A program made the translations under genes and the position numbers. The notes below the pieces were generated by a model. It was given only the letters and a program-made list of their open reading frames with translations. It ran no database searches and was not told the origin of the DNA. Below are positions 9,049 through 19,563 of a stretch of DNA of 55,338 nucleotides, one piece after another. Source of the DNA: Bacteroidota bacterium (GTDB lineage Bacteria > Bacteroidota > Bacteroidia > Bacteroidales > UBA12077); contig JAIFLC010000024.1 of assembly GCA_020049295.1 (NCBI GenBank), forward strand, positions 1-55,338, read 5' to 3'. Position 1 is the first letter of the stretch, and every line of letters begins with the position of its first letter.

Positions 9049-9711
9049 ATGAAAAAGTATTTAATAATTTTAACACTCTTAATTTCTGTTGGACAGAGTT
9101 TGTACTCACAAAATACAAAATTTACTGTATTTGTTGATCCAAAATTTTCGTGGATGACACCCGATTTAAAAAATGTAGACAGTGATGGATCTAAACTTGG
9201 AGTTAATATCGGATTAAATGTAGATAAGTTTTTTGCACCAAACTATGCATTTATGACAGGGATTTCAATTGATAATACCGGAGGGCTTTTAAAATATGAT
9301 CTGGTTGATGGAAAACCAATAAAGACAAATGGAGGGATTGATACTGTTCCTTCAGGAAGCACTCTTGAATACAAGTTGCAATATATAAATATTCCATTTG
9401 GCTTAAAACTAAAAACCAACGAAATTGGATACTTTACATTTTTCACTCATCTTGGAATAAATGCAGGTGTAAATATTAAAGCCACCGGAGAAGTTGAAGG
9501 TTATGAGCTCGAAAATGATAATATTAGTGATGAGATCAAACTTTTTAACCTTGGATATTACATTGGATTAGGTACAGAGTACTCCATTGGAGGGAATACT
9601 GCTATTGTACTTGGCTTAACCTATACCAATGGATTTGTAGATATTACAACCGATTCAAATAATAAGGTAACAAATAGCAATATTGCCATTCGTATTGGTA
9701 TTTTGTTTTAA
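9049..9711 (+). CDS. Outer-membrane beta-barrel (porin / PorT-like family) protein
   Basis: Signal peptide MKKYLIIL, LQYINIPFGLKLKT strand, C-terminal Phe. ATG at 9049 preferred over TTG at 9034. Confidence 0.8.
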   Translation: MKKYLIILTLLISVGQSLYSQNTKFTVFVDPKFSWMTPDLKNVDSDGSKLGVNIGLNVDKFFAPNYAFMTGISIDNTGGLLKYDLVDGKPIKTNGGIDTVPSGSTLEYKLQYINIPFGLKLKTNEIGYFTFFTHLGINAGVNIKATGEVEGYELENDNISDEIKLFNLGYYIGLGTEYSIGGNTAIVLGLTYTNGFVDITTDSNNKVTNSNIAIRIGILF

Positions 9712-9734
9712 AAAACATTTACAATAATTAGGTT

Positions 9735-11393
9735 ATGAAAATTGCAATTGCTCAGTTAAACTATCATATTGGAAATTTCGAGAAGAATACTGCTAAAATT
9801 CTTGAAAAAATCGAAGAAGCAAAAACCAATCTTGTCGACCTGATTATTTTTTCGGAGATGTCGGTATGTGGATATCCACCTCAGGATTTGCTGGAGAAAA
9901 AATCCTTTATTGAGCGATGCGAAGAGTCTGTTGAAGAAATTGCAGCAAATACAAAGAATATTGCTGTAATTATTGGATCACCAACTATAAATTTCAATCC
10001 AAAAGGGAAAAAACTTTATAACACTGCATTGTTCATAAGCAATCTTGAGATAAAATTTATGCAGCATAAAACCCTTTTGCCTACCTATGATATTTTTGAT
10101 GAATACCGCTATTTTGAGCCCAACGATAAGTTTAATGTAGTTGAATATAAGGGAAAAAAAATTGCCCTAACAATTTGCGAAGATCTGTGGGATGAACAAC
10201 CGGTAGGCAATCCATTTGCAAAAAACCAGCTTTATAATGTTACACCCATGGAAAAGCTTATTAAACATAAACCCGATTTTGTTGTAAATATAGCTGCTTC
10301 GCCTTTTTCGTACAGTAAGATCTGGGGCAAAAAAAATATTTTCATTCGTAACGCCAAAAAGTACAAGCTGCCAATTTTAAATGTAAATCAGGTAGGTGCG
10401 CAAACCGAATTGGTTTTTGATGGAGGTTCGTTAATAGTAAATTCAGATGGAACTATTGCTGATGAGCTTAATTTCTTTTCCGAAGATATCAGGTATTATC
10501 AATTAGACGATATAAAAAAGGGGAAACTTAAGAAAACTGTGACTGAAGATCCTGATGTAATAGAAAAAATACATGATGCATTAGTTTTAGGCACCCGTGA
10601 TTATTTTAAGAAAATGAACCTTACAAAAGCAACACTTGGTTTGTCAGGCGGCATTGATTCGGCTGTTGCACTTGTAATTGCTTCGAAAGCTTTAGGTCCG
10701 GAAAACATGAGAGTACTTTTATTACCATCAAAATATTCGTCTGATCATTCCATTGCTGATGCTTCGAAACTAGCAGACAATCTTGGTGTTCGCTACGATA
10801 TTATTAATATTCAGCCCGTTGTTGAAAGTATCGAGCAATCATTAAATACAATTTTTAAAGGGCTTCATCCTGATATAACAGAAGAAAACATACAAGCTCG
10901 TGCACGATGTACTATTTTAATGGCTCTATCGAACAAATTTGGTCATATCTTAATAAATACATCAAATAAAAGCGAATCAGCCGTTGGATACAGCACATTA
11001 TATGGTGATATGGCCGGAGGAATATCTGTTTTAGGAGATGTTTACAAATCGGATGTATATAAATTAGCCCATTACATAAATCGCGAAAAGGAAATAATAC
11101 CAAAAAATTCAATACAAAAACCACCATCGGCAGAACTCAGACCTGATCAGAAAGACTCTGACTCATTACCCGAATATGAAACACTTGATAAAATATTATT
11201 TGAATATATCGAGCTTCAGAAAACTCTTGAAGAAATTGTATCTAATGGTTGGGAAAAAAGCCTTGTTGAAAGAATAATGAAATTAGTAGATAGTAACGAA
11301 TATAAACGTTATCAGGCACCACCAATATTGAGAATATCATCAAAAGCATTTGGTGCTGGACGAAGAATGCCTCTAGTTGCCAAGTATTGTTAA
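9735..11393 (+). CDS. nadE: Glutamine-dependent NAD+ synthetase
   Basis: Nitrilase domain (ICEDLW) plus GLSGGIDSA, ENIQARAR, PSAEL. Confidence 0.97.
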   Translation: MKIAIAQLNYHIGNFEKNTAKILEKIEEAKTNLVDLIIFSEMSVCGYPPQDLLEKKSFIERCEESVEEIAANTKNIAVIIGSPTINFNPKGKKLYNTALFISNLEIKFMQHKTLLPTYDIFDEYRYFEPNDKFNVVEYKGKKIALTICEDLWDEQPVGNPFAKNQLYNVTPMEKLIKHKPDFVVNIAASPFSYSKIWGKKNIFIRNAKKYKLPILNVNQVGAQTELVFDGGSLIVNSDGTIADELNFFSEDIRYYQLDDIKKGKLKKTVTEDPDVIEKIHDALVLGTRDYFKKMNLTKATLGLSGGIDSAVALVIASKALGPENMRVLLLPSKYSSDHSIADASKLADNLGVRYDIINIQPVVESIEQSLNTIFKGLHPDITEENIQARARCTILMALSNKFGHILINTSNKSESAVGYSTLYGDMAGGISVLGDVYKSDVYKLAHYINREKEIIPKNSIQKPPSAELRPDQKDSDSLPEYETLDKILFEYIELQKTLEEIVSNGWEKSLVERIMKLVDSNEYKRYQAPPILRISSKAFGAGRRMPLVAKYC

Positions 11394-11527
11394 TTTCTTT
11401 TAAGAAAAACCAAACAGAATTCAGTAAAATCAATTTTTTCCGATTTTAAGGAAAAAATTTTATTGTTTTAATTGAATTATATACATTTGTATGTTTTCCA
11501 ACATATTTTACAAAAAAATTATAGTTC

Positions 11528-12220
11528 ATGATCTCTGAAAGCCACAATATTATTGATAATCAAATGTCTGTTTTTAGTGTGCTAAATATTGAGGAAAAAG
11601 AATTACTCAAACGAAACAGTACATGTACCCACTTTAAAAAAGGTGATATTATTTATAAAGAGGGTGATAAACCTTCTGGTTTAATCTGCCTTTCGAAAGG
11701 GAAAGTAAAAATCTTTAAAGAGGGCGTTGGCGGACGTGAACAGATAGTTCGAATGGCTAAACCAGTTGGATTTATAGGATACAGAGCATTATTTGCCGAA
11801 CAATACTATATTGCATCAGCTGAAGCAATTGAAGACAGCGTAATTTGCACAATTGAAAAAGATTCATTGTACAAGGTATTAAAAAGTAATTCAGAATTTT
11901 CGCTTAATATCATTCATTCGCTTGCATCAGAATTGGGTTTTTCAAATAACAGAACGGTAACTCTTACTCAAAAACATATTCGTGGAAGACTTGCTGAATC
12001 GCTTATTTTTCTTAAAGATACGTACGGACTTGAAGAAGATAAATCTACCATAAAAGTATACTTGTCGCGTGAGGATATTGCTAACCTATCGAACATGACT
12101 ACCTCTAATGCAATACGAACCTTATCGACTTTTGCTACTGAAAAAATCATTACACTCGATGGTCGAAAAATAAGAATTCTGGACATTAAAGGCCTCGAGC
12201 GAATAAGCGAACTCGGATAA
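11528..12220 (+). CDS. Crp/Fnr-family transcriptional regulator
   Basis: cNMP-binding-like domain and C-terminal HTH (LSREDIANLSNMTTSNAIRTL). Confidence 0.93.
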   Translation: MISESHNIIDNQMSVFSVLNIEEKELLKRNSTCTHFKKGDIIYKEGDKPSGLICLSKGKVKIFKEGVGGREQIVRMAKPVGFIGYRALFAEQYYIASAEAIEDSVICTIEKDSLYKVLKSNSEFSLNIIHSLASELGFSNNRTVTLTQKHIRGRLAESLIFLKDTYGLEEDKSTIKVYLSREDIANLSNMTTSNAIRTLSTFATEKIITLDGRKIRILDIKGLERISELG

Positions 12221-12304
12221 TAAGATTTGAATTTATAGGTTTTTCTTAATCGGGTTTTTGCTCTAACCCTAGAAAATATTTTTGCTGATTTGAGATTTGT
12301 TTTC

Positions 12305-13747
12305 TTATTTAGCCAGCGAAAGGGACTTTAGAAAGTATTTCTCATCCATAAAATTGGTATCAAGTTCTCCCTGAATATACATTGATTTAAACAATTTTAT
12401 TTTCTCAGCTAGTTCACTGTTTTTGCCATTTGTCAATATCGCTGAAGCTTTGTTTAGTTTAATTGTATCGAGTAAAACCTGTCCAGATGATTTGTAGTTA
12501 TAATATTTTTTTATACCATTTTCCAGTCCCGAGTCAATAATTGTAACTATAACATCTTGTGTAAGATCAGTCGAAGTTGAATCATTAAAAACCTTTTCGA
12601 TATTATTCATTATTGTACCATTCAATGATGTAGATGTATGATTTAAGACAATTATTGTATTGCTGTCTTCAACAAATCGATAAATGCTTGTTCTAAACCC
12701 ATTCCATCGGCCATGATGATAAACTAATTTTTTATCATTTCGTTTGGTTACTCTAAATCCAAATCCATAAGGAATATCATATTTATTACGCAATTTGAAC
12801 CCGGCCAGTGCTTCGTTCATAGTTCCTTCAGATACCAGAGTATTTGCATAAAGGGCCTGATCCCATTTAAATAAATCATCAAGAGTTGAGTAAATTCCTT
12901 TATCGCCAACAGTTCCATCGTTAATGGTTTCATCAATAATTCTGTATCTTTTACCCCTATATCCAAATCCATTCAATTTATCTTTTCTGGTTCTGAATGA
13001 ACTGCTATAAACAAAGGTACTTTCCATTCCTAAAGGGATAAATATCTCTTCTTCCATAAACGAAGAAAAACGCTTACGTGACACTCTTTCAACAATAGAA
13101 GCCAAAAGAACATATCCAGTGTTCGAATAATCAAATCGACGACCTGAAGTAAAATACAGAGGTGTTTTCAAATCTTCAAGCATATCAATAATATCCTCAT
13201 TGTATGGTGCTTGCTTCTCTTTCCAATAATTTTCGGTAAGCCACATGTAGTTTGGTAATCCTGATGTGTGATTTAACAGCATCCGAATAGTAATTCCTTT
13301 GTATGGTAACTCAGGGATATATTTTGTAACACTATCCTCGTAGCTTATTTTACCTTGTTCTTTAAGAATCATTATAGCCATTGCTGTAAATTGTTTGCTT
13401 AAAGAGGCAAGCTGAAAAACAGATTCGGTGGTAAGTTTTTCTTTTTTGTTTAAATCAGCATAACCAAATGATTCTTTAAAAATGATATTTCCTTTATAGG
13501 CTACCAGGATATTTCCATTAAAATGGTTTTTACTTGTAATTGATTTTACAACAGAATCAACCTTTTCTGCTTTTTCCTGATAAAAAATTTTATCTAATTC
13601 TTTTTTAGTGGAAGGTTTTACAATCTCCTTTTCATCAACATTAGCTCCTAAAAGGCGTAATCTTATACTTGAACTAACTATAGCTATAACAACAAACAAA
13701 AACAGGATAATTGCAAGCTTGTAATATGTGGCCTTTGTAATACTCAT
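12305..13747 (-). CDS. Serine hydrolase, beta-lactamase / AmpC-like family
   Basis: ASLSK (SxxK), LLNHTSG, YSN, HHGRWNG; N-terminal TM anchor. Confidence 0.9.
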   Translation of the reverse strand: MSITKATYYKLAIILFLFVVIAIVSSSIRLRLLGANVDEKEIVKPSTKKELDKIFYQEKAEKVDSVVKSITSKNHFNGNILVAYKGNIIFKESFGYADLNKKEKLTTESVFQLASLSKQFTAMAIMILKEQGKISYEDSVTKYIPELPYKGITIRMLLNHTSGLPNYMWLTENYWKEKQAPYNEDIIDMLEDLKTPLYFTSGRRFDYSNTGYVLLASIVERVSRKRFSSFMEEEIFIPLGMESTFVYSSSFRTRKDKLNGFGYRGKRYRIIDETINDGTVGDKGIYSTLDDLFKWDQALYANTLVSEGTMNEALAGFKLRNKYDIPYGFGFRVTKRNDKKLVYHHGRWNGFRTSIYRFVEDSNTIIVLNHTSTSLNGTIMNNIEKVFNDSTSTDLTQDVIVTIIDSGLENGIKKYYNYKSSGQVLLDTIKLNKASAILTNGKNSELAEKIKLFKSMYIQGELDTNFMDEKYFLKSLSLAK

Positions 13748-13962
13748 ATTGTACTAACAAATAAAGGCACAAATTAACGTATTTTTTTATTGGATTCAAA
13801 ACCCACATCCCATGCAATTGTATGATTTTGATAAACAAAAAATGAATTAATACGTTATCTCAATAACAAATATAGCTTGGAATTACAGGTTTAATAGTAC
13901 CTGATGAGTTTTTAACAATCGAATTTATTAAAATTCTAAAAAAAATGATTTTGTGGAAAATA

Positions 13963-16425
13963 TTATTCCTGAAAATATACTCGCTTAACTCGGGTAGAAA
14001 TGCCTGTAAAAATCTCATAAGGGATAGTTTTCAAAATATTTGCCATTTCAGCAACTGGTAATTCTTTACCAAAAATAATTACTTCATCCCCTTCATTAAT
14101 TATGCAACCAGTAATATCAGCAATACACATATCCATACAAATATTTCCAACAATAGGAACAATATATCCATTAATGTAAAGCTTGCCTTTGCCATTGCTT
14201 AAATGGCGATTTAAACCATCGGCATATCCAACAGGAATAATTGCAATATGCATTTCTTTTGTTGCCTTTCCCTTTCGGTTATACCCAATTGTATTATCCT
14301 TGGCTACTTGTTTTATCTGAATAACTGTACTTTTAAAAGTACTTACATTAGCCAGATTTGTATTTGCTAAAGATGAAATGCCATAAAGTCCAATTCCTAG
14401 TCGAACCATATCGAACTGACCTTTTGGAAATCGTTCAATTCCCGCAGAATTAAGAATATGTCGTATTGTAAAATAACCAAGTTGATCAATTATCTTTCTA
14501 CTAATTGCATTAAATTGTTCAATTTGTTCTTCGGTAAATTGATCATGAATATCTTCGTCGCTGGCAGCAAGATGCGAAAAGATAGAGGCTACTTTAACCA
14601 GTTTATTTTTCTTTAATTCATTTATTAATGATTCAGATTCAGAGGCCATGAAACCCAACCGGTGCATTCCTGTATCTATTTTAATGTGGATAGGGTATTC
14701 TTTTACACCTAAAGCAATTGCTGTATCAGTAAATTGTTTTAATACCAGGAAACTATAAATCTCAGGTTCCAGTTTATAACGAATCATCAATTCGAAACTA
14801 TTAAGTTCTGGATTCATAACAATTATGGGGAGTTTAATTCCTGCATCGCGAAGAGCCACACCCTCATCAGCAAATGCTACACCAAGATAATCGACCCGTT
14901 GATACTGTAAAATATTGGCTATTTCGTGTGTTCCACTCCCGTACGAAAGAGCCTTAACCATTACCATAATCTTGGTTTCTGGTTTTAACAATGATTTAAA
15001 ATAGTTCAAATTATTTACTAAGGCATTCAGGTTAATTTCCAAAATTGTTCTATGCACTTTCTCTTCGAGTACCGACGATATTTTTTCGAATTCAAAAGAC
15101 CTTGATCCTTTTAAAAGTATCGCTGAGTCTGAGTATTTCTTTGGTTCAAATTCTTCTAAAAATTTATTTGTTGTTGAATAGAATTTCTTTTCGAGATTAA
15201 AAATATTTTGTTGTGATGAGATTGCTGTGCCTATTCCAATAAGTTCATCAATGTTATATTTGCTTAATAAGTTCGACACATCCTCATATAACTGCTTTTG
15301 AACTTTACCACTTTGTAAAATATCAGATAAGAACAGAATTTTCCTTTTATGCTGATTTTGTTGATCTAAGTAATGTAATGCAATGTTAAGCGAATTAAGA
15401 TCCGAATTGTAACTATCATTAATAAGTGTACATCTATTAATGCCAGTCTTTAGTTCCAATCGCATTGCTATCGGAGGTATTGATTCGAGCTGTTTTTTGA
15501 AATCAGATATTTTGTAACCCAATGAGCTAATAAGTGCAATTACATGAGATGCGTTCTCAATAGAAGCATTATCGGTAAAAGGGATTGTTATTTCTTCAGC
15601 TTGATTATCAAATTCGATTTGCAAAGTTGTATGCAGTTGATTTTTAGTTTTTGCATAGATTTTTAGATCAGCATCTGATTTTACAGACCATGTATAGCAT
15701 TTCTTATTAGAGAGTTCAGGGTCATTTTTAATCACCTCGTGGATCAATTCATTATCGCGACAGTAAACTAATAATTGAGAATGTTTAAAAAGTTTTAGTT
15801 TTTCGAAGGCTTTTTGCTTATAGTTTGTAAAATTTTCCTGATGCGACTCGCCAATATTTGTAATTAAACCAATGGTAGGTTGTATAATTTTTTCGAGTTT
15901 TTCCATTTCGCCCGGCATTGAAATACCTGCTTCGAAAACTGCTAAATCATATGTACTATTCATTAACCAAACTGAGAGAGGCACTCCAACCTGCGAATTA
16001 AAACTCTTAGGACTTCTGACAATGTTCTTTTGCGTTTGCATTGCATGATAAAACCATTCTTTTACTATGGTTTTTCCATTGCTTCCGGTTATACCGATTA
16101 CCGGATATGAGAATTGATTGCGATGATATGCTGCCAACTGATGTAATGCCATAACGGTATTTAAAACAACTAGAAAACAGGCTTCGGAATAATCTTTATA
16201 ATTCTCAGGAAGTACTTCAACAACAAAATTGCCTATTCCTTTTTTGTATAAATCATCAATAAATTTATGACCATCCTGCCTTTCACCACGAATGGCAATA
16301 AACAGTGTATTTGGAGATGCTACAATGTTTCTGCTATCAATTAATAAATGCTGAATACTATGGGTTGCTTTTCCAACCAACCTGGCATTTAAAACTTTTG
16401 ATATCTCCTGTATAGTATAGCTCAC
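13963..16425 (-). CDS. alr: Bifunctional MurF-like ligase / alanine racemase
   Basis: GITGSNGKT and INDSYN (Mur ligase), then MVKALSYG, KIDTGMHRLG, GYADG, ICMD (racemase); GTG start. Confidence 0.95.
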   Translation of the reverse strand: MSYTIQEISKVLNARLVGKATHSIQHLLIDSRNIVASPNTLFIAIRGERQDGHKFIDDLYKKGIGNFVVEVLPENYKDYSEACFLVVLNTVMALHQLAAYHRNQFSYPVIGITGSNGKTIVKEWFYHAMQTQKNIVRSPKSFNSQVGVPLSVWLMNSTYDLAVFEAGISMPGEMEKLEKIIQPTIGLITNIGESHQENFTNYKQKAFEKLKLFKHSQLLVYCRDNELIHEVIKNDPELSNKKCYTWSVKSDADLKIYAKTKNQLHTTLQIEFDNQAEEITIPFTDNASIENASHVIALISSLGYKISDFKKQLESIPPIAMRLELKTGINRCTLINDSYNSDLNSLNIALHYLDQQNQHKRKILFLSDILQSGKVQKQLYEDVSNLLSKYNIDELIGIGTAISSQQNIFNLEKKFYSTTNKFLEEFEPKKYSDSAILLKGSRSFEFEKISSVLEEKVHRTILEINLNALVNNLNYFKSLLKPETKIMVMVKALSYGSGTHEIANILQYQRVDYLGVAFADEGVALRDAGIKLPIIVMNPELNSFELMIRYKLEPEIYSFLVLKQFTDTAIALGVKEYPIHIKIDTGMHRLGFMASESESLINELKKNKLVKVASIFSHLAASDEDIHDQFTEEQIEQFNAISRKIIDQLGYFTIRHILNSAGIERFPKGQFDMVRLGIGLYGISSLANTNLANVSTFKSTVIQIKQVAKDNTIGYNRKGKATKEMHIAIIPVGYADGLNRHLSNGKGKLYINGYIVPIVGNICMDMCIADITGCIINEGDEVIIFGKELPVAEMANILKTIPYEIFTGISTRVKRVYFQE

Positions 16426-16491
16426 TTTATTTTATTTATTACAAAGATCGTTTTTTTGGATCAAAAAGCTCAACTCATTTTCGTATAAAAA

Positions 16492-17127
16492 TTAAAACTT
16501 ATAACTCAATCCTATCGAAAAAGTAAGGTTTGTTAAAGCTTCCTCAAAAAAACTTTGTTCTGATCCATCAGAATCAGGAATTCTGCTGAACAATCCCTGA
16601 TAAACCTCAATTTCGCTATTAACATATAATTTATCGCTAATAATTGGAAACTGAAGGCCTGTTCCAAGGCTAAACCCAAAGTCAATAGGGTTTTTCGAAT
16701 AATTCATAGGATATCCCTCGTATTCAGAATCGATTTCTAAGCCTAAATATATACCACCCTGAACAAATCCTTTAACATTTCCTTTGCCAAACTGCCATTT
16801 GTAAAGTGCTGGTATAACAATAAAATCTGCTTTATATGAAAAATCGTAATTCTGATAATATCCATATTCCAGGTAATATGAGCTTGCATTCTTTTCGACA
16901 GACATATATTTTACTTTGATTTTAATACTTCTGCTTTCGGTATAGAAATAATTGAAAGTTAATCCGAACAAATCATGCAGCATTTTATCGTTTTCCGAAA
17001 AATTGGGAGATGCACTAAATCCTGTTTCGATTCCAATATAAATAGGATGTTTTGTTTTTATTTTTGTTTCCTGACCAATGGTATTAATGGAAATAACTAA
17101 AAACAACAATACAAATAGGTGTTTCAT
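16492..17127 (-). CDS. Outer-membrane beta-barrel protein
   Basis: Signal peptide, alternating aromatic strands, ends IGLSYKF. Confidence 0.75.
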   Translation of the reverse strand: MKHLFVLLFLVISINTIGQETKIKTKHPIYIGIETGFSASPNFSENDKMLHDLFGLTFNYFYTESRSIKIKVKYMSVEKNASSYYLEYGYYQNYDFSYKADFIVIPALYKWQFGKGNVKGFVQGGIYLGLEIDSEYEGYPMNYSKNPIDFGFSLGTGLQFPIISDKLYVNSEIEVYQGLFSRIPDSDGSEQSFFEEALTNLTFSIGLSYKF

Positions 17128-17228
17128 AAATTAGGATTTGGATAATTATATAAAGTTAAACAAATTTAAATAACCTAATTATGATTTAAACGGTATAGTA
17201 AGACTTAGATTTTTTTCTTAAAGAAAAC

Positions 17229-17828
17229 TTACTTATTATCCTCTTCTTTTTTCTCAGTCATGGCTTCATTAAAGCAAACTCTGCACAAGGGTTCGTATTC
17301 TGTTTTTTCTCCAAGTAAAACCAGTTTGTCGCTTTTTGCTATTCGAAAAGAATAATGAGCCAGATTTCCACAACGCATGCAAATGGCATGCACTTTTGTA
17401 ACATATTCGGCTTCGGCCATAAGTGCAGGAATTGGACCAAAAGGATTACCAAGGTAATCCATATCTAGACCTGCAACAATAACACGAATTCCGCTATTTG
17501 CAAGTTGTTTGCAAACATTAACAAGGTTTTTATCAAAGAACTGTGCTTCGTCAATACCAACCACATCAACATCGCCAGTAAGCAAAAGAATATTCCCTGA
17601 TGATTCAACAGGTGTTGAACGGATAGTTGTTGAATCGTGCGAAACAACATTTTCATCAGAATAGCGTGTATCAATCATTGGTTTAAAGATCTCAACTTTA
17701 AGTTTAGCGTATTCTGCACGGCGTAAACGGCGGATTAATTCTTCGGTTTTACCCGAGAACATCGATCCGCAAATTACTTCAACCCATCCCCTGTTTTTGG
17801 ATTTTTTATTTGTACCTTCGAAAAACAT
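17229..17828 (-). CDS. tdk: Thymidine kinase
   Basis: [18 protein letters not shown]-terminal Cys pairs. Confidence 0.97.
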   Translation of the reverse strand: MFFEGTNKKSKNRGWVEVICGSMFSGKTEELIRRLRRAEYAKLKVEIFKPMIDTRYSDENVVSHDSTTIRSTPVESSGNILLLTGDVDVVGIDEAQFFDKNLVNVCKQLANSGIRVIVAGLDMDYLGNPFGPIPALMAEAEYVTKVHAICMRCGNLAHYSFRIAKSDKLVLLGEKTEYEPLCRVCFNEAMTEKKEEDNK

Positions 17829-17881
17829 CGTATATCAATTTCTTAACTTTTATCGTTATTTTTGCAAAAACAACACCAATT

Positions 17882-18604
17882 ATGAACAAAACAGAACTTC
17901 ATCAGAGCATTATTCAGGATATCCAGGAAATCTACTCCTTTGTAAGCCGGTTCGAAAATCCGAACCAGGTTCATCAAATCGATATCGACCTTGCTTTGTC
18001 AAAAGTAAGAAATCTTTACGATTTATTATTACGATTAAATGCACAAGGTATTTATCGACCTGAATATCAAAAAGAAGAAAAATCAACAATTCATAAACCA
18101 TCTGAAAAACAGCATGAACCAAGAGCTGTAGAAGTTGTTCAGAAGGAAGAACCAAAAAGAATAAATAAAACTCCTGAAAAAACAGTACAACCTGATCCGG
18201 TAATTGTAATCGAAAAGAAAGAAGAAAAAAACAAAAAAGAGAGTGTAAAAACTAAGAAATACGATGGTTCTTCTGGAATTATGGCCGATAAGTTTCAATC
18301 AAAAACTTACAAGCACGATACAATTGGAAAGGAAAAACCTGATCAGAAAGATGTTTCGAGTAAGTTAAAATCTAAACCAATTAAAGATATAAACACAGCC
18401 ATCGGATTAAACGATAAGTTTGTGTTTATCCGCGAACTTTTTAATGGAGATAAAAACCAGTTCAGCGAAACAATACAATTGCTAAATAATTTCGATACTT
18501 TCGATAATGCAGTTAGCTACTTAAAAGATAGTTTTAGCTGGGATTTTGAAGATCCAAATGTAGAAAGACTGGTTGAGCTGGTTCGCAGAAAATATACAAA
18601 TTGA
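17882..18604 (+). CDS. Hypothetical protein with charged linker and folded C-terminal domain
   Basis: ATG at 17882 follows a TATTTTTG box and avoids overlap with tdk; C-terminal IGLNDKFVFIRELFNGD. Confidence 0.75.
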   Translation: MNKTELHQSIIQDIQEIYSFVSRFENPNQVHQIDIDLALSKVRNLYDLLLRLNAQGIYRPEYQKEEKSTIHKPSEKQHEPRAVEVVQKEEPKRINKTPEKTVQPDPVIVIEKKEEKNKKESVKTKKYDGSSGIMADKFQSKTYKHDTIGKEKPDQKDVSSKLKSKPIKDINTAIGLNDKFVFIRELFNGDKNQFSETIQLLNNFDTFDNAVSYLKDSFSWDFEDPNVERLVELVRRKYTN

Positions 18605-18631
18605 TTTAGCTGTATTGACTTTTTATTGGGA

Positions 18632-18723
18632 GCTTTGTGAAGACTTTGTGCCTTTCAGACATAGTGGCAAGTGCCACAAAGCCACAAACCCGAAAATTCT
18701 CGGGTCTCAAAGATACACAAAGC
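18632..18723. repeat. Nested palindromic intergenic element (CTTTGTG / CACAAAG units), REP-like
   Basis: Outer arms gctttgtg...cacaaagc; inner gtggca-ag-tgccac; separate cccga-aaattc-tcggg hairpin. Confidence 0.65.
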
Positions 18724-18790
18724 AATACGTATTAATTTTGTTATAGAAATGTACTAAATACTAACCTTTTTAAAAAATTGAAATAAATAA

Positions 18791-19519
18791 ATGAGCAAGT
18801 TATATTTAGTTCCAACCCCGATTGGTAATCTCGAAGATATTACACTTCGAGCACTTCGTATTTTAAAGGAGGTTGATCTGGTTTTAGCCGAAGATACCCG
18901 CAAAACCATTTTTTTACTTAAGCATTATGCTATAGAAAAACCAGTAATTGCACATCATAAGTTTAATGAGCATAAATCGGTTCCGAATTTGGTTGAGCGA
19001 ATAAAGGCCGGTGAGTCGATTGCTGTTGTTACTGATGCGGGTACTCCCGGAATTTCTGATCCCGGATTCCTAATTGCTCGTGCTTGCATCGAAGCAGGTG
19101 TCGATGTGGAATGTTTACCAGGAGCTACAGCATTTGTTCCTGCACTTGTTAATTCGGCTTTACCTAATGATCGTTTTTCGTTCGAAGGATTTTTACCTCA
19201 GAAAAAAGGTCGTCAAAAAAGATTAACCGAACTCAAAGATGAAGAAAAAACAATGGTATTTTACGAATCTCCTTATCGATTAGTAAAAACATTGACTCAA
19301 TTTGCAGAAGTGCTTGGCGAAGATCGACGCGCATGTGTATCGCGCGAACTGACAAAAATTTACGAAGAAAATATCCGAGGAACCATAAAAGAATTAATCC
19401 AATATTATAGTAAATCTGCTGTTAAAGGCGAAATTGTTATTGTTGTCGAAGGATCGACCAGTTATAACAGAATACTGAATTCGGCAGTAGATGAAGAAGC
19501 CGATGAGGACAATGAATAA
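18791..19519 (+). CDS. rsmI: 16S rRNA C1402 2'-O-methyltransferase
   Basis: LYLVPTPIGNLEDIT, AEDTR, DAGTPGISDPG, YESPYR, RELTK. Confidence 0.97.
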   Translation: MSKLYLVPTPIGNLEDITLRALRILKEVDLVLAEDTRKTIFLLKHYAIEKPVIAHHKFNEHKSVPNLVERIKAGESIAVVTDAGTPGISDPGFLIARACIEAGVDVECLPGATAFVPALVNSALPNDRFSFEGFLPQKKGRQKRLTELKDEEKTMVFYESPYRLVKTLTQFAEVLGEDRRACVSRELTKIYEENIRGTIKELIQYYSKSAVKGEIVIVVEGSTSYNRILNSAVDEEADEDNE

Positions 19520-19551
19520 AAAAAGAGGCTTTTTGAAATAGCCTCTTTTTT
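19519..19551. terminator. Bidirectional intrinsic terminator
   Basis: aaaaaagaggct-N9-agcctctttttt between convergent rsmI and helicase genes. Confidence 0.88.
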
Positions 19552-19563
19552 ATGATCTGTCTT

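Noticed and set aside
13963-16425. MurF-Alr fusion as a novelty
   Set aside because: Well-known arrangement in Bacteroidota.
17797-17881. Extended starts overlapping tdk (similarly 24032 and 37732)
   Set aside because: Longest-ORF artefacts; downstream starts fit promoter boxes, signal peptides or domain boundaries better.
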